The notes beneath the pieces were generated by a model. It did not search any database. It was not told where the DNA came from and saw nothing but the letters and a program-made list of their open reading frames with translations. From assembly GCA_034530615.2 (NCBI GenBank), contig JAVRCV020000032.1, forward strand, positions 96,001 through 160,000: 64,000 nucleotides of DNA, given 5' to 3'. Numbering within the stretch: position 1 is the first letter of the stretch; each line of letters opens with the position of its first letter. A program made the translations under genes and the position numbers. Below are positions 30,379 to 40,129 of the stretch, piece by piece. Origin of the DNA: Aulosira sp. ZfuVER01 (GTDB lineage Bacteria; Cyanobacteriota; Cyanobacteriia; Cyanobacteriales; Nostocaceae).

Positions 30379-30981
30379 ATGATGAGAATTGCTTTATTTG
30401 GTACTAGTGCCGATCCACCAACAGCTGGGCATCAGGAGATTCTTAGTTGGTTGTCTGAGCATTATGATTGGGTGGCAGTTTGGGCGGCGGATAATCCTTT
30501 TAAAACCCATCAAACAGCATTGGTACATCGGGCAGCAATGTTGCAATTGTTGATTGCGGATATCCAGACATCACGGCACAATGTTGCGTTAGAACAGGAA
30601 TTAAGTAGTTTCCGAACTCTAGAGACAGTGGCCAAAGCGAAAGTTTGTTGGGGAGAGGATACCGAGTATACCTTGGTGATTGGTTCAGATTTACTGAATC
30701 AGCTACCCCGTTGGTATCAAGTTGAAGATTTGTTGCGGCAAGTGCAATTATTAGTAGTGCCGCGACCGGGATATGCGATAGATGAGTCTAGTTTAGAGGG
30801 AGTGCAAAAGCTAGGCGGGAAAATTGCGATCGCCAGTTTGACTGGACTAGATATTTCCTCCACAGCCTATCGCGAACATGGAGATTCCCAAGCGCTTACC
30901 CCCTCTATCGTCGCTTATATTAATCAAGAGCATTTGTACAAATGCCAGGACGCAACCACAAAAAGTTTCCAACTCCGGTAA
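30379..30981 (+). CDS. nadD: Nicotinate-nucleotide adenylyltransferase
   Basis: FGTSADPPTAGH (HxGH-like), IGSD, W..., ISST motifs; operon context. Confidence 0.9.
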   Translation: MMRIALFGTSADPPTAGHQEILSWLSEHYDWVAVWAADNPFKTHQTALVHRAAMLQLLIADIQTSRHNVALEQELSSFRTLETVAKAKVCWGEDTEYTLVIGSDLLNQLPRWYQVEDLLRQVQLLVVPRPGYAIDESSLEGVQKLGGKIAIASLTGLDISSTAYREHGDSQALTPSIVAYINQEHLYKCQDATTKSFQLR

Positions 30982-31688
30982 ATCAACAACCTTTGGCTGA
31001 TTTTAAAGTTGGTGTTGATAATGTAATTTTTTCTGTAGATACTGCCCAAAATCGACTGCTCGTGCTGTTGGTGATGCGACAACAGGAGCCATTTTTAAAT
31101 TCTTGGAGTCTTCCCGGTACTTTGGTGCGTCAAGGCGAATCTTTAGAAGATGCTGCCTATCGGATCATGGCTGAAAAAATCCGCGTGAAGAATCTCTATT
31201 TAGAACAGTTATATACTTTTGGCGGACCGAATCGCGATCCACGGGAAGCCACTGATAGTTATGGTGTGCGTTATCTCTCCGTGAGTTATTTTGCCTTAGT
31301 GCGGTTTGAAGAAGCAGAATTAATTGCTGATGGCGTTACTGGTATAGCTTGGTATCCGGTGAAACAATTGCCACAATTAGCATTTGATCACAATCAAGTT
31401 TTGGCTTACGGACACAGGCGTTTACGCAATAAGTTGGAGTATAGCCCGGTAGCTTTTGAAGTTTTGCCAGAAATGTTTACTTTAAATGATTTATATCAGT
31501 TATACACGACAGTTTTAGGCGAAAACTTCTCCGATTATTCTAATTTTCGCTCTCGTCTACTCAAGTTAGGTTTTTTGTGCGATACCGGAATTAAGGTATC
31601 CCGTGGTGCTGGCCGTCCGGCCAGTTTGTATAAATTTGACGCTGAAGCCTTTGCCCCCTTTAAGGATAAGCCTTTGGTATTTATTTAA
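30942..31688 (+). CDS. nrtR: Nudix-related transcriptional regulator NrtR
   Basis: Degenerate Nudix box (WSLPG...GESLEDAAYR), LEQLYTF..P.RDPR, LAFDH, winged-HTH FTL..L..LY...NFR...GRPA.LY. Confidence 0.9.
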   Translation: MPGRNHKKFPTPVNQQPLADFKVGVDNVIFSVDTAQNRLLVLLVMRQQEPFLNSWSLPGTLVRQGESLEDAAYRIMAEKIRVKNLYLEQLYTFGGPNRDPREATDSYGVRYLSVSYFALVRFEEAELIADGVTGIAWYPVKQLPQLAFDHNQVLAYGHRRLRNKLEYSPVAFEVLPEMFTLNDLYQLYTTVLGENFSDYSNFRSRLLKLGFLCDTGIKVSRGAGRPASLYKFDAEAFAPFKDKPLVFI

Positions 31689-31744
31689 CTCTAAAGTCAA
31701 GAGTCAACAGGCAATAGACAAATGACCAATGACAAACAACTAAT

Positions 31745-33484
31745 ATGAAAATTGCGATCGCTCAACTTAATCCTAAAATTGGTGATTTAACGGGTAACGC
31801 CCAACAAATTCTGCAAGCAGCGCAAAAAGCAGTAGCATCTGGCGCGCGGTTGTTGTTAACGCCAGAACTTTCTTTGTGCGGCTATCCCCCGAGGGATTTA
31901 TTGCTAAATCCTAGTTTTGTGGCAGCAATGAATACTACTCTGAAAAAATTGGCGAGAGATTTACCGCCAAATTTAGCTGTTTTGGTAGGAACTGTAGAAG
32001 AAAATCTCAAAGCAAACACCACAGGCGGTAAATCTTTATTTAATAGCATTGCTTTATTGCTAGGCGGACAGGTAAAGCAAGTTTTTCACAAACGGCTTTT
32101 ACCTACTTATGATGTATTTGACGAAAACCGCTATTTTGAACCGGGGTTACAAGCTAACTATTTCACCTTGGACGATCTCCATATTGGTGTGACTGTTTGC
32201 GAAGACTTATGGAATGATGAGGAATTTTGGGGCAAACGCACTTATGCAGTTAACCCGATTGCGGATTTAGCTATTTTGGGTGTGGATTTGATTGTGAATT
32301 TATCTGCCTCACCTTTCAGTGTCGGTAAGCAGAGATTTAGAGAACTCATGCTGAAGCATAGCGCCGTGCGTTTTCAACAGCCGATGATCTATGCTAACCA
32401 AGTCGGTGGCAATGATGACTTGATATTTGATGGTTGCAGTTTCGCCTTAAGTCGTCAAGGTGAAATTGTCTCTCGTATCCGTGGTTTTGAAGCAGATCTG
32501 GCAATAGTTGAATTTGACGAGAAACAACGAGATTTTAAATTAGGTAAAGTCGCACCTTTATATCTGTCTGAAGACGAAGAAATTTGGCAGGCTTTGGTTT
32601 TAGGCGTGCGCGATTATGCCCGTAAGTGTGGCTTTTCTAAAGTAGTACTGGGTTTGAGTGGGGGGATTGATTCTTCACTAGTAGCTGCGATCGCTGTGGC
32701 GGCACTTGGTAAAGAAAATGTCTTCGGTGTCTTGATGCCTTCTCCCTACAGTTCTGAACATTCCATCAGTGATGCTTTGGCATTAGGGGAAAATTTAGGT
32801 ATAAAAACTACTATTTTACCAATTGCCGAACCCATGCAAACCTTCGATCGCGCTTTAGGTGAGTTGTTTGCTGGGACTGAGTTTGGCATCGCTGAAGAAA
32901 ACCTGCAATCTCGGATTCGCGGTAACTTATTAATGGCGATCGCTAACAAATTCGGCTATCTGCTTTTATCAACTGGTAATAAATCAGAGATGGCAGTTGG
33001 TTACTGTACTCTGTATGGTGATATGAATGGCGGGTTAGCAGTAATTGCAGACGTTCCCAAAACCCGTGTTTATTCAATTTGCCATTGGTTAAACCGTAAG
33101 GGTGAAATGATTCCCCAAAATGTCCTCACCAAAGCACCCAGCGCTGAACTCAAACCAGGCCAAGTCGATCAAGATTCTCTCCCACCCTATGAGATTTTAG
33201 ATGACATCTTAGAACGCCTGATTCACAAACACCAATCAGCAGCCGAAATAGTCACCGCTGGACACGATCCAGTAATTGTAGACCGAGTCATCCAAATGCT
33301 TGCCCGTGCCGAATTCAAACGTCGACAAGCACCCCCAGGCTTAAAAATCACCGATCGCGCCTTTGGTACTGGTTGGCGGATGCCAATTGCTAGTAGCTGG
33401 GCTGCTTTAAAAAATGCCTCCCAATCTAAAACCATTCCTAGCTTAGTAGGTGGGGATGGCAAAGATGACAATCTGCGAATATAG
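31745..33484 (+). CDS. nadE: Glutamine-dependent NAD+ synthetase
   Basis: Nitrilase-fold N-terminus (TPELSLCGY, K..LP.Y.VFDE, VCEDLW) plus GLSGGIDS, ENLQSRIRG, TGNKSE, GYCTLYGD, PSAEL. Confidence 0.96.
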   Translation: MKIAIAQLNPKIGDLTGNAQQILQAAQKAVASGARLLLTPELSLCGYPPRDLLLNPSFVAAMNTTLKKLARDLPPNLAVLVGTVEENLKANTTGGKSLFNSIALLLGGQVKQVFHKRLLPTYDVFDENRYFEPGLQANYFTLDDLHIGVTVCEDLWNDEEFWGKRTYAVNPIADLAILGVDLIVNLSASPFSVGKQRFRELMLKHSAVRFQQPMIYANQVGGNDDLIFDGCSFALSRQGEIVSRIRGFEADLAIVEFDEKQRDFKLGKVAPLYLSEDEEIWQALVLGVRDYARKCGFSKVVLGLSGGIDSSLVAAIAVAALGKENVFGVLMPSPYSSEHSISDALALGENLGIKTTILPIAEPMQTFDRALGELFAGTEFGIAEENLQSRIRGNLLMAIANKFGYLLLSTGNKSEMAVGYCTLYGDMNGGLAVIADVPKTRVYSICHWLNRKGEMIPQNVLTKAPSAELKPGQVDQDSLPPYEILDDILERLIHKHQSAAEIVTAGHDPVIVDRVIQMLARAEFKRRQAPPGLKITDRAFGTGWRMPIASSWAALKNASQSKTIPSLVGGDGKDDNLRI

Positions 33485-33600
33485 TAGACATCTTGCAAAC
33501 ATCCGAATTCAAATACAAACAAACCACAGATAAATCAACGTTTATCTAGTCTATCTGTGGTTAATATCCAAAACTCCAACTTTTACAACAAGCCAAATAG
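33485..33600. mobile_element. Degenerate MITE-like repeat with internal ACCACAGAT hairpin
   Basis: Ends TAGACATCTTGCAAA ... TTTTACAACAAGCCAA, inner AACCACAGATA / TATCTGTGGTT; sister copy at 62522-62629. Confidence 0.55.
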
Positions 33601-33942
33601 TCATGCTAATAGACCATTGCATTAATTCGTAGCGAATAGACATTATTAATACTCTGCGTACCTCCGCGCCTTCCTCCTTATCCCTCTGCGTTTAAAAAAT
33701 TCATACCCTGATGCACAGCGATACCAACTTCAAACCTCATCTGATTATTATTTTTGCAGAGTGATTAAGTTGCATTAAACATAAATTATCTTTGCCCTCC
33801 TTTACATCTAACTTCAATTTATAAAAAGCAACCTCTTGTGAGACGTTGAGTACTGGCAAGTAGCATAATATTACATTTACAAAACAGCAGACACTGTGGC
33901 ATAAATATGACACTATAGAAGCAGTAAGACATTCTCAAACAC

Positions 33943-34209
33943 GTGAGTCAACCAGACCCAATCTTAGCGAAAATTCTAGCGGGGACTTCTGATACAGCAA
34001 TCCCTTTCGCTCAAATATGGCAACTTTTAATCAGACTAGGCTTTGATGAGCAAATTCGTGGCGGAAATTATATTTTTACCAAAAAAGGTATTGAAGAAAT
34101 ATTAAACATCCAACATAAAAAAGGCAAAGCTAAAGCCTATCAAGTGAAACTAGTGCGTGCAGTCATTCTCAAGTACCAGATAGGAATTAATAATGAACCT
34201 TCACTATGA
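33943..34209 (+). CDS. hicA: HicA-family toxin-like protein, catalytic His apparently absent
   Basis: IPF..I..LL..LGF....RG...IF.K.GIEEILNIQ...GKAKAYQVK pattern; overlaps the downstream hicB. Confidence 0.8.
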   Translation: MSQPDPILAKILAGTSDTAIPFAQIWQLLIRLGFDEQIRGGNYIFTKKGIEEILNIQHKKGKAKAYQVKLVRAVILKYQIGINNEPSL

Positions 34210-34405
34210 AATAATTCTCTACTGGAGCGAAGAAGACCAAGCATTTATTGCTGAAGTTCCAGAACTACCGGGATGTGCTGCTGATGGGGAAACTTATCAA
34301 GCAGCACTGCAAAATATCCAAATTATTATGCAAGAATGGCTAGAAATTGCTCAAAGATTAGGGCGTCAAATTCCTGAACCTAAACAACACTCATTAACTA
34401 CCTAA
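34193..34405 (+). CDS. hicB: HicB-family antitoxin (short form without DNA-binding domain)
   Basis: YWSEEDQAFIAEVPELPGCAADGETYQAAL...W...G..IPEP. Confidence 0.9.
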   Translation: MNLHYEIILYWSEEDQAFIAEVPELPGCAADGETYQAALQNIQIIMQEWLEIAQRLGRQIPEPKQHSLTT

Positions 34406-34545
34406 GTTAGGAAAACTCCGAGCAATTTACTGTAGGGTTGTCAATGCTATCCCTGTCTACTATGTTTCGTCTAATTATTTAATTTATCATCGCCTGATAT
34501 CTGCTTCAGACGATATATTAATGAGTGCTTGTATAACAGATACAG

Positions 34546-34854
34546 CTATTCATCTTTTTGATCAAATAATTCTAACAACCCAACTGTACCGACAAAAAAA
34601 GTATAAGTAGCATATTGTATTGGCATCTTATTTTTGGAAGGTGCATAAAAAGCTGCTATAAAAGCCTCAATTAAATGGCAGCTAACGGCAAAACGTTCAA
34701 TCCAAAAAATAGGATTCAGGCTGCTTGGTACTTGAATATTATTTGCTCCTGCATAAATATTCAATAATTCTAAGCCAATTGCACTGGCTATCAAAACTGT
34801 AGATATAACTTTTATAATAGGGGAAATTTTTTGCTTTATGTCCTTTAAATTCAT
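34546..34854 (-). CDS. Hypothetical small membrane protein
   Basis: 102 aa with three hydrophobic segments, HLIEA and TFFVGTVGL motifs. Confidence 0.7.
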   Translation of the reverse strand: MNLKDIKQKISPIIKVISTVLIASAIGLELLNIYAGANNIQVPSSLNPIFWIERFAVSCHLIEAFIAAFYAPSKNKMPIQYATYTFFVGTVGLLELFDQKDE

Positions 34855-35094
34855 TTTTTCAACCGATTATTTTATAATAACTTATCTCAAGTAATAATTA
34901 CTAACATAAAGTTAGGCATATTTAGACCATTTCTAGGCAACTGCATTCTGTGGAATTTTAAGTGTTTTCTTTATATTTTTAAGCAGTAGTTAACTATAGA
35001 TTAGCTTAAAGAATTTTTATTTTCAAGATAGAGGACAACGCAGAGAGATCCAGAGTAATGGTGTAATATTTAAATTTGAGATGCAATGTGTGAC

Positions 35095-35364
35095 TTAGGC
35101 TTCAGCATCAAGATTTACTTTAGGACTAATGTTTAAGACATGAATAATTCTGTCTCTATCGTAAATAATATAAATTATACGATAATCAAGCACATAAATA
35201 CGCCATCCTTCAGTTTTAGCTATTCTTTGACAATTTAACGGTCTGGGGTTTTCAGCAAGATTCCAAATCTGATCGATAACTAGTCGGTAATTGTAAGGCT
35301 GACAATTGTGTAAATGTCTCAACTGTTCAAGAGCAGGGCATTCTTTGATAAAAATTTGATACAA
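35095..35364 (-). CDS. RelE/ParE-superfamily toxin-like protein (divergent)
   Basis: LAENPRP..C..I...EGWRI...DYRIIY.I....IHVL.I pattern; TTG at 35364 is 8 nt from AGGAG, alternative TTG at 35370 overlaps the upstream TGA. Confidence 0.75.
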   Translation of the reverse strand: MYQIFIKECPALEQLRHLHNCQPYNYRLVIDQIWNLAENPRPLNCQRIAKTEGWRIYVLDYRIIYIIYDRDRIIHVLNISPKVNLDAEA

Positions 35365-35366
35365 TT

Positions 35367-36158
35367 TCAACGCTCCTGTTCAATTTTGGCAAGTGCTTGC
35401 TTAAGCGGAATAGCCTTACCTTCAAAAGTCTGGGTAGCTTTAAAGGCACGAATAGATTCTTCTTCATCCTTATCCATAACTGCTCGCTCAAAAGGAATAG
35501 CCTCAGATATATACGTCTGAGCAGCTAAATAGGCACGAAGAGATTCTGATTCTTCTAAAATTATTTCACGCTTTTTTTTCAGAATTGGTGTTTTGTGTTG
35601 CAAAAAACCTTCAAGCTGAATTGCACTGCAACCCATGTCAAAGGCAAACTCAATAGGAGAACCTCCACCTAATTGGGGTTCGTAAAATCCTAGTGTTTCA
35701 TAAAACCCAGTAGCAAATGTGATTGCAGCACTGTCCCCTATTGAATTATTCATGCCTATTACATAATCAATATGTTGGACAATTGCCTCTGCTTGAAATT
35801 CAGAGTAACAGGCATTCAGCAACACACATTCTATTTGCTTAGAAAACAGACCAAAAAGTCCAGCCAGCGCTTCTCCTGTTACTAGTTTTCCTTTTCCAAT
35901 TTCATGCTCAAACAATAATCCTTGTTTCCCTAGGCCATGTCCACAAAAATGGACAATGTGTGGTTGATACTGTAACAATGCTCGACGAATATCTTTTGGA
36001 CGTACGGCAGAATAAGGCTGGAGTAAAAAATTATCGCGATGTTTAGACCCTCGCAAAGCTTCTTCAATCTCACGCACTTCTTCACCCAAACGTAGGCGTG
36101 CTGTTTGGCTGGGATTTGCTGGTAGAACCAAGATCGTTTTTTTCACGTAATTAAACAT
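35367..36158 (-). CDS. CHAT (caspase HetF-associated) domain protein fused to a duplicated antitoxin-like C-terminal motif
   Basis: ANP....LRL.EEVREIEE, IVHFCGHG (His), VLLNACYS (Cys), FATGFY; tail has 2 x ES[LI]RA...AIP motif. Confidence 0.85.
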   Translation of the reverse strand: MFNYVKKTILVLPANPSQTARLRLGEEVREIEEALRGSKHRDNFLLQPYSAVRPKDIRRALLQYQPHIVHFCGHGLGKQGLLFEHEIGKGKLVTGEALAGLFGLFSKQIECVLLNACYSEFQAEAIVQHIDYVIGMNNSIGDSAAITFATGFYETLGFYEPQLGGGSPIEFAFDMGCSAIQLEGFLQHKTPILKKKREIILEESESLRAYLAAQTYISEAIPFERAVMDKDEEESIRAFKATQTFEGKAIPLKQALAKIEQER

Positions 36159-36383
36159 TAAAAATGTGAATATCAGCGCATTCACACTTTTTTACCACTC
36201 TCACCAAATAAAAATCTGTAATCCTTGTTTCAAAGGAATTTTTGCAATATCAAAACTGTTAACGATTAATATCAGCACATACCAGATACACAAAGAATTA
36301 CTACTCTGATTTTCAGAGTATGAGTGTGTGTTTTTTTATAACTTAAGAGTGATTTAAATAGGATGGAATATAAACCTACTTTC

Positions 36384-37391
36384 TCATCCCAGACCTAGTA
36401 AATCTGCACGAGGTTTAAAGGTTTCAATTTGGCGGATTTTTTCGTATAGTTCTTGTTCTTCCGGACTAATAGTTTTTGGCGTAACTATTTGAATTTCCAC
36501 CAACTGATCGCCACGTTTACCACTGTCATTAGGGTAGCCTTTATTTGCTAACCGAAATCTTTGACCAGATCTAACTCCTGGGGGAATGGTCATTTTCACA
36601 GGGCCATCAAGAGTTGGTGCTTCTACCTGTCCTCCCAAGACAGCTTCACTGGGAGTTACGGGTATCTGGCAAAATATATTAGAACCGTCTAGTTTAAATA
36701 AGTGATGTGGCTCGACGGTAATTTTTAAGTATAAGTCACCGCCGCCAATGCCTTGGTCACGTAGTCGGATAGTTTGACCTGTGACCATACCAGCAGGCAT
36801 AGTTACTTCTAGCGATCGCCCATCTTCCAGGCGAATGCGTTCGTTACCACCTACATAAGCTTTTTCTAATGGTAGCGTCAATCTGGCTTCTATATCCCGA
36901 CGGGCGGGACGTGGTTGGCTTTTGGGTACTGTGTACTCTACTCTGCTTTTAGGGGAACGGAACGGATCGCTATTTGTGCTGCTAGTTGAACCATTTCTGG
37001 TGTCTTTACGACCAACACCAACACCGATTACTTGATTAATAAAACTTTCAAAATCTGCAAATTGGCTAGGATCTACTTCTTGAGTGCTGTTGCGGTTGTT
37101 AGCACGATTATCCCAAGCTTTACCTTTTGGCGTCTGTTTGTTGGCAAAGCCTTTTTGCTTCCAGTAGCGGCTAAATTGGTCATACTGCGATCGCTTGGCT
37201 GGATCGGAAAGGACTTCATAAGCCTCACCAACAACCTTAAATTTTTCCTCTGCTGCTTTGTTTCCAGGATTCAGGTCAGGGTGATACTGTCGTGCTAAAC
37301 GCCGATAAACCTTTTTAATTTCCTCGCTTGAGGCTTCTTTAGGTACTCCTAAAATTTCGTAGTAATCGCGAAAATTCTGCAAATTTTGCAT
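36384..37391 (-). CDS. dnaJ: DnaJ-class co-chaperone (J domain plus C-terminal domain, no zinc finger)
   Basis: [40 protein letters not shown]; directly downstream of dnaK. Confidence 0.93.
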   Translation of the reverse strand: MQNLQNFRDYYEILGVPKEASSEEIKKVYRRLARQYHPDLNPGNKAAEEKFKVVGEAYEVLSDPAKRSQYDQFSRYWKQKGFANKQTPKGKAWDNRANNRNSTQEVDPSQFADFESFINQVIGVGVGRKDTRNGSTSSTNSDPFRSPKSRVEYTVPKSQPRPARRDIEARLTLPLEKAYVGGNERIRLEDGRSLEVTMPAGMVTGQTIRLRDQGIGGGDLYLKITVEPHHLFKLDGSNIFCQIPVTPSEAVLGGQVEAPTLDGPVKMTIPPGVRSGQRFRLANKGYPNDSGKRGDQLVEIQIVTPKTISPEEQELYEKIRQIETFKPRADLLGLG

Positions 37392-37562
37392 AGTTCAGTT
37401 ATTCAACTTTAAATTTTAGATTTGAGATTTTGGTAATAGGTAATGGATTCTGTCAGTTGTCAGCTAATAACAAATTACCAATTACCAATAACCAAATCCG
37501 AATTTTGAAGCAATTTCACTCGCTTTTCTGGAATACTCAATCCATACGGTAGCTCAGGAGTA

Positions 37563-39824
37563 CTACAACCAATCATCATCATCGTCATCCCAGTTGTCCT
37601 GGTAGCTTGGACGAGGTGGTTTGCGAGAAGACCGATTATCAGAGGAGGAGGAACGATTATCTCTGCCAAAGTCTCTGTTAGAGTCTCTGGTAGAATCCCT
37701 GCCATAATCCCTGTTAGAGTCCCTGCCATAGTCCCTTGTAGAGTCTCTACCATAATCTCTGGTAGAATCCCTGCCATAATCCCTGTTGGCGTCCCTGCCG
37801 TAGTCCCTGGTAGAATCCCTGCCATAATCCCTGTTTGAGTCCCTGCCATAGTCTCTGGTAGAATCCCTGCCATAATCCCTGTTGGAGTCTCTGCCAAAGG
37901 AATCACGATCCCAGTATGAATCTTTGGGATAATCGCGTTCTCGTTCTTTGTCGCCACCAGTAAAGATGTCGCGAATCGTACCAAATAAGTCGTCGTCTTC
38001 GTCCTCAGCATAATACTGACGAACTTCCCGGTTTAGCTCATACAAAGCATCTTGCAGGTCGGCGTAAGATTGGTCAATGCCGCGATCGTCATTGTCTTTT
38101 AAAGCGTCCTTCAGTTCCCGACAGATGTTGTCAATGCGTTGGCGGCGGGTGCGGGCAAACTGCATCCCAAACTCTAACGCTACTTCTCTAAGTTGTCGTT
38201 CGGCTTGGCCAATCAACCCTTCAGAACGAGTCCGCTTTTCTACTCGTTCTTTGCGTTCCCGGTCGATATCAGCATATTTTTGAGCATCCTGAATCATCCG
38301 GTTTACTTCTGACTCACTCAACGTAGAAGCACCTTGGATGGTTATACTTTGCTCTCTACCAGTGGTTCTATCCAGGGCTGTTACTTGTAAAATCCCGTTA
38401 GCATCAATATCAAATGACACCTGAATTTGGGGAATACCTCTCGGCGCTGGGGGTATGCCATACAACTTGAAACGTCCTAAAGACTTGTTATTTGTTGCCA
38501 TTTCCCGTTCGCCCTGAACTACGTGGATTTCCACAGTATTCTGGTTATTTTCTGATGTGGAGAAGATATCAGAACGGCGTACTGGGATGGTGGTATTGCG
38601 GGGAATCAATTTTTTCATGACACCCCCGATGGTTTCCAAGCCTACAGATAGGGGTGTTACATCCAAAAGCAGCACATCTTTGAGTTCGCCTGCCAGAATA
38701 CCAGCTTGAATTGCTGCGCCTACTGCTACTACTTCATCGGGGTTGACGTTTTCATTGGGTTCTATGCCAATTAGGTCACGCACTAACTGCTTAACCATTG
38801 GAATTCGGGTGGAACCACCTACTAACACCACTTCTTCAATGTCTGTAGGTGAGAGTCCAGAATCTTTTAATGCTCGTTTGACTGGAGTCCGCAACCTTCC
38901 TACTAAATCACCGCACAAATCCTCAAATTGGGAACGAGTGATGCGAGTTTCTAGATGTTTGGGGCCATCCTCAGTCGCGGTGATAAAAGGTAAATTAATA
39001 TCGGTAACGCTGACAGCAGAAAGTTCGATTTTGGCTTTTTCCGCAGCTTCCATCAGACGTTGTAAAGCTTGGCGATCGCGTCTTAAGTCTACACCTTCTG
39101 CTTCTAAAAATTGCTCTGCTAACCAATCTACAATTTTTCTGTCAAAATCATTACCACCAAGCTGAGTATCTCCACTAGTAGCTTTAACTTCAAAAACTCC
39201 ATCACCAACTTCTAGAATCGACACGTCAAAGGTACCGCCACCTAAATCGAATACTAAGATAGTTTCCGTACTACCACGATCCAATCCGTAAGCTAAAGAA
39301 GCGGCGGTAGGTTCATTGAGAATCCGTAAAACATCTAAACCAGCAATTCTGCCAGCATCGCGAGTGGCTTGCCGCTGAGAATCATTAAAATAAGCAGGAA
39401 CCGTAATTACTGCGCCGGTTACTGTTTCGCCCAAGTAGGTGCTGGCATCATCTGCCAATTTCTTCAGCACCATTGCCGAAACTTCTTCGGCGGCAAATTC
39501 CTTATTCAACCGGGGACAAGCAATCTTAATATTACCAACTTCGTCTTTGCGGATAGTATAGGGTACACGCTTTGATTCTGGACTCAGCTCGCTATACCTG
39601 CGCCCAATAAAGCGTTTCACCGCAAAAAAAGTATTTTGGGGATTCAGGACAGTTTGTCGCCGTGCCATTTGTCCCACTACCCTTTCGCCTTCTTTACTAA
39701 AGCCAACAACGGAGGGGGTTGTGCGCATTCCTTCTGCATTGGCAATCACCACCGGCTTGCCACCCTCCATCACGGCGACTACTGAGTTGGTTGTACCCAA
39801 GTCGATGCCGACTACCTTGCCCAT
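37563..39824 (-). CDS. dnaK: DnaK/Hsp70, cyanobacterial DnaK3-type with extended tail
   Basis: [35 protein letters not shown]; ends WDDDDDDWL and pairs with dnaJ as in DnaK3 loci. Confidence 0.96.
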   Translation of the reverse strand: MGKVVGIDLGTTNSVVAVMEGGKPVVIANAEGMRTTPSVVGFSKEGERVVGQMARRQTVLNPQNTFFAVKRFIGRRYSELSPESKRVPYTIRKDEVGNIKIACPRLNKEFAAEEVSAMVLKKLADDASTYLGETVTGAVITVPAYFNDSQRQATRDAGRIAGLDVLRILNEPTAASLAYGLDRGSTETILVFDLGGGTFDVSILEVGDGVFEVKATSGDTQLGGNDFDRKIVDWLAEQFLEAEGVDLRRDRQALQRLMEAAEKAKIELSAVSVTDINLPFITATEDGPKHLETRITRSQFEDLCGDLVGRLRTPVKRALKDSGLSPTDIEEVVLVGGSTRIPMVKQLVRDLIGIEPNENVNPDEVVAVGAAIQAGILAGELKDVLLLDVTPLSVGLETIGGVMKKLIPRNTTIPVRRSDIFSTSENNQNTVEIHVVQGEREMATNNKSLGRFKLYGIPPAPRGIPQIQVSFDIDANGILQVTALDRTTGREQSITIQGASTLSESEVNRMIQDAQKYADIDRERKERVEKRTRSEGLIGQAERQLREVALEFGMQFARTRRQRIDNICRELKDALKDNDDRGIDQSYADLQDALYELNREVRQYYAEDEDDDLFGTIRDIFTGGDKERERDYPKDSYWDRDSFGRDSNRDYGRDSTRDYGRDSNRDYGRDSTRDYGRDANRDYGRDSTRDYGRDSTRDYGRDSNRDYGRDSTRDSNRDFGRDNRSSSSDNRSSRKPPRPSYQDNWDDDDDDWL
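37653..37892 (-). repeat. Coding tandem repeat in the dnaK tail: 20 RDxx tetrapeptides, 24-bp unit RD[SA][NT]RDYG
   Basis: Eight RDYG units visible in both protein and DNA. Confidence 0.95.
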
Positions 39825-40129
39825 GCGTTACTCTTCTCCTAAATGTGTCTTACTATTACTATATTTATTATGATTGGGCGAGACTGCTTCTAGCTTTTTG
39901 CTCTGGGATGAAAACCCCTCAACGGTATAATAGTCATTATTAGGTGAGGTTTTAGCGAAAGAAGCTAGTTGCAAGACTAGGATAACATTGAGGATGGTTG
40001 GTGTGTCCAAAGACTATCCATACCTGTTTTCCAAAGATTTTACTGGTTAATAGTCAAAAGTCATTTCTCTCCCTCATCTCCTCCTCCCCTCCTGTCTGCA
40101 AACTTTGATATTGCGACTATATTTAAACA

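Noticed and set aside
37653..37892. CRISPR-like appearance of the dnaK and DUF928 (49323-49754) repeats
   Set aside because: Units are contiguous, in-frame multiples of three with no unique spacers and no cas genes nearby
37475..38011. 178-aa alternative-frame ORF with GIMAGILP repeats
   Set aside because: Frame-shifted reading of the dnaK tail repeat, which lacks stops because of its repetitiveness
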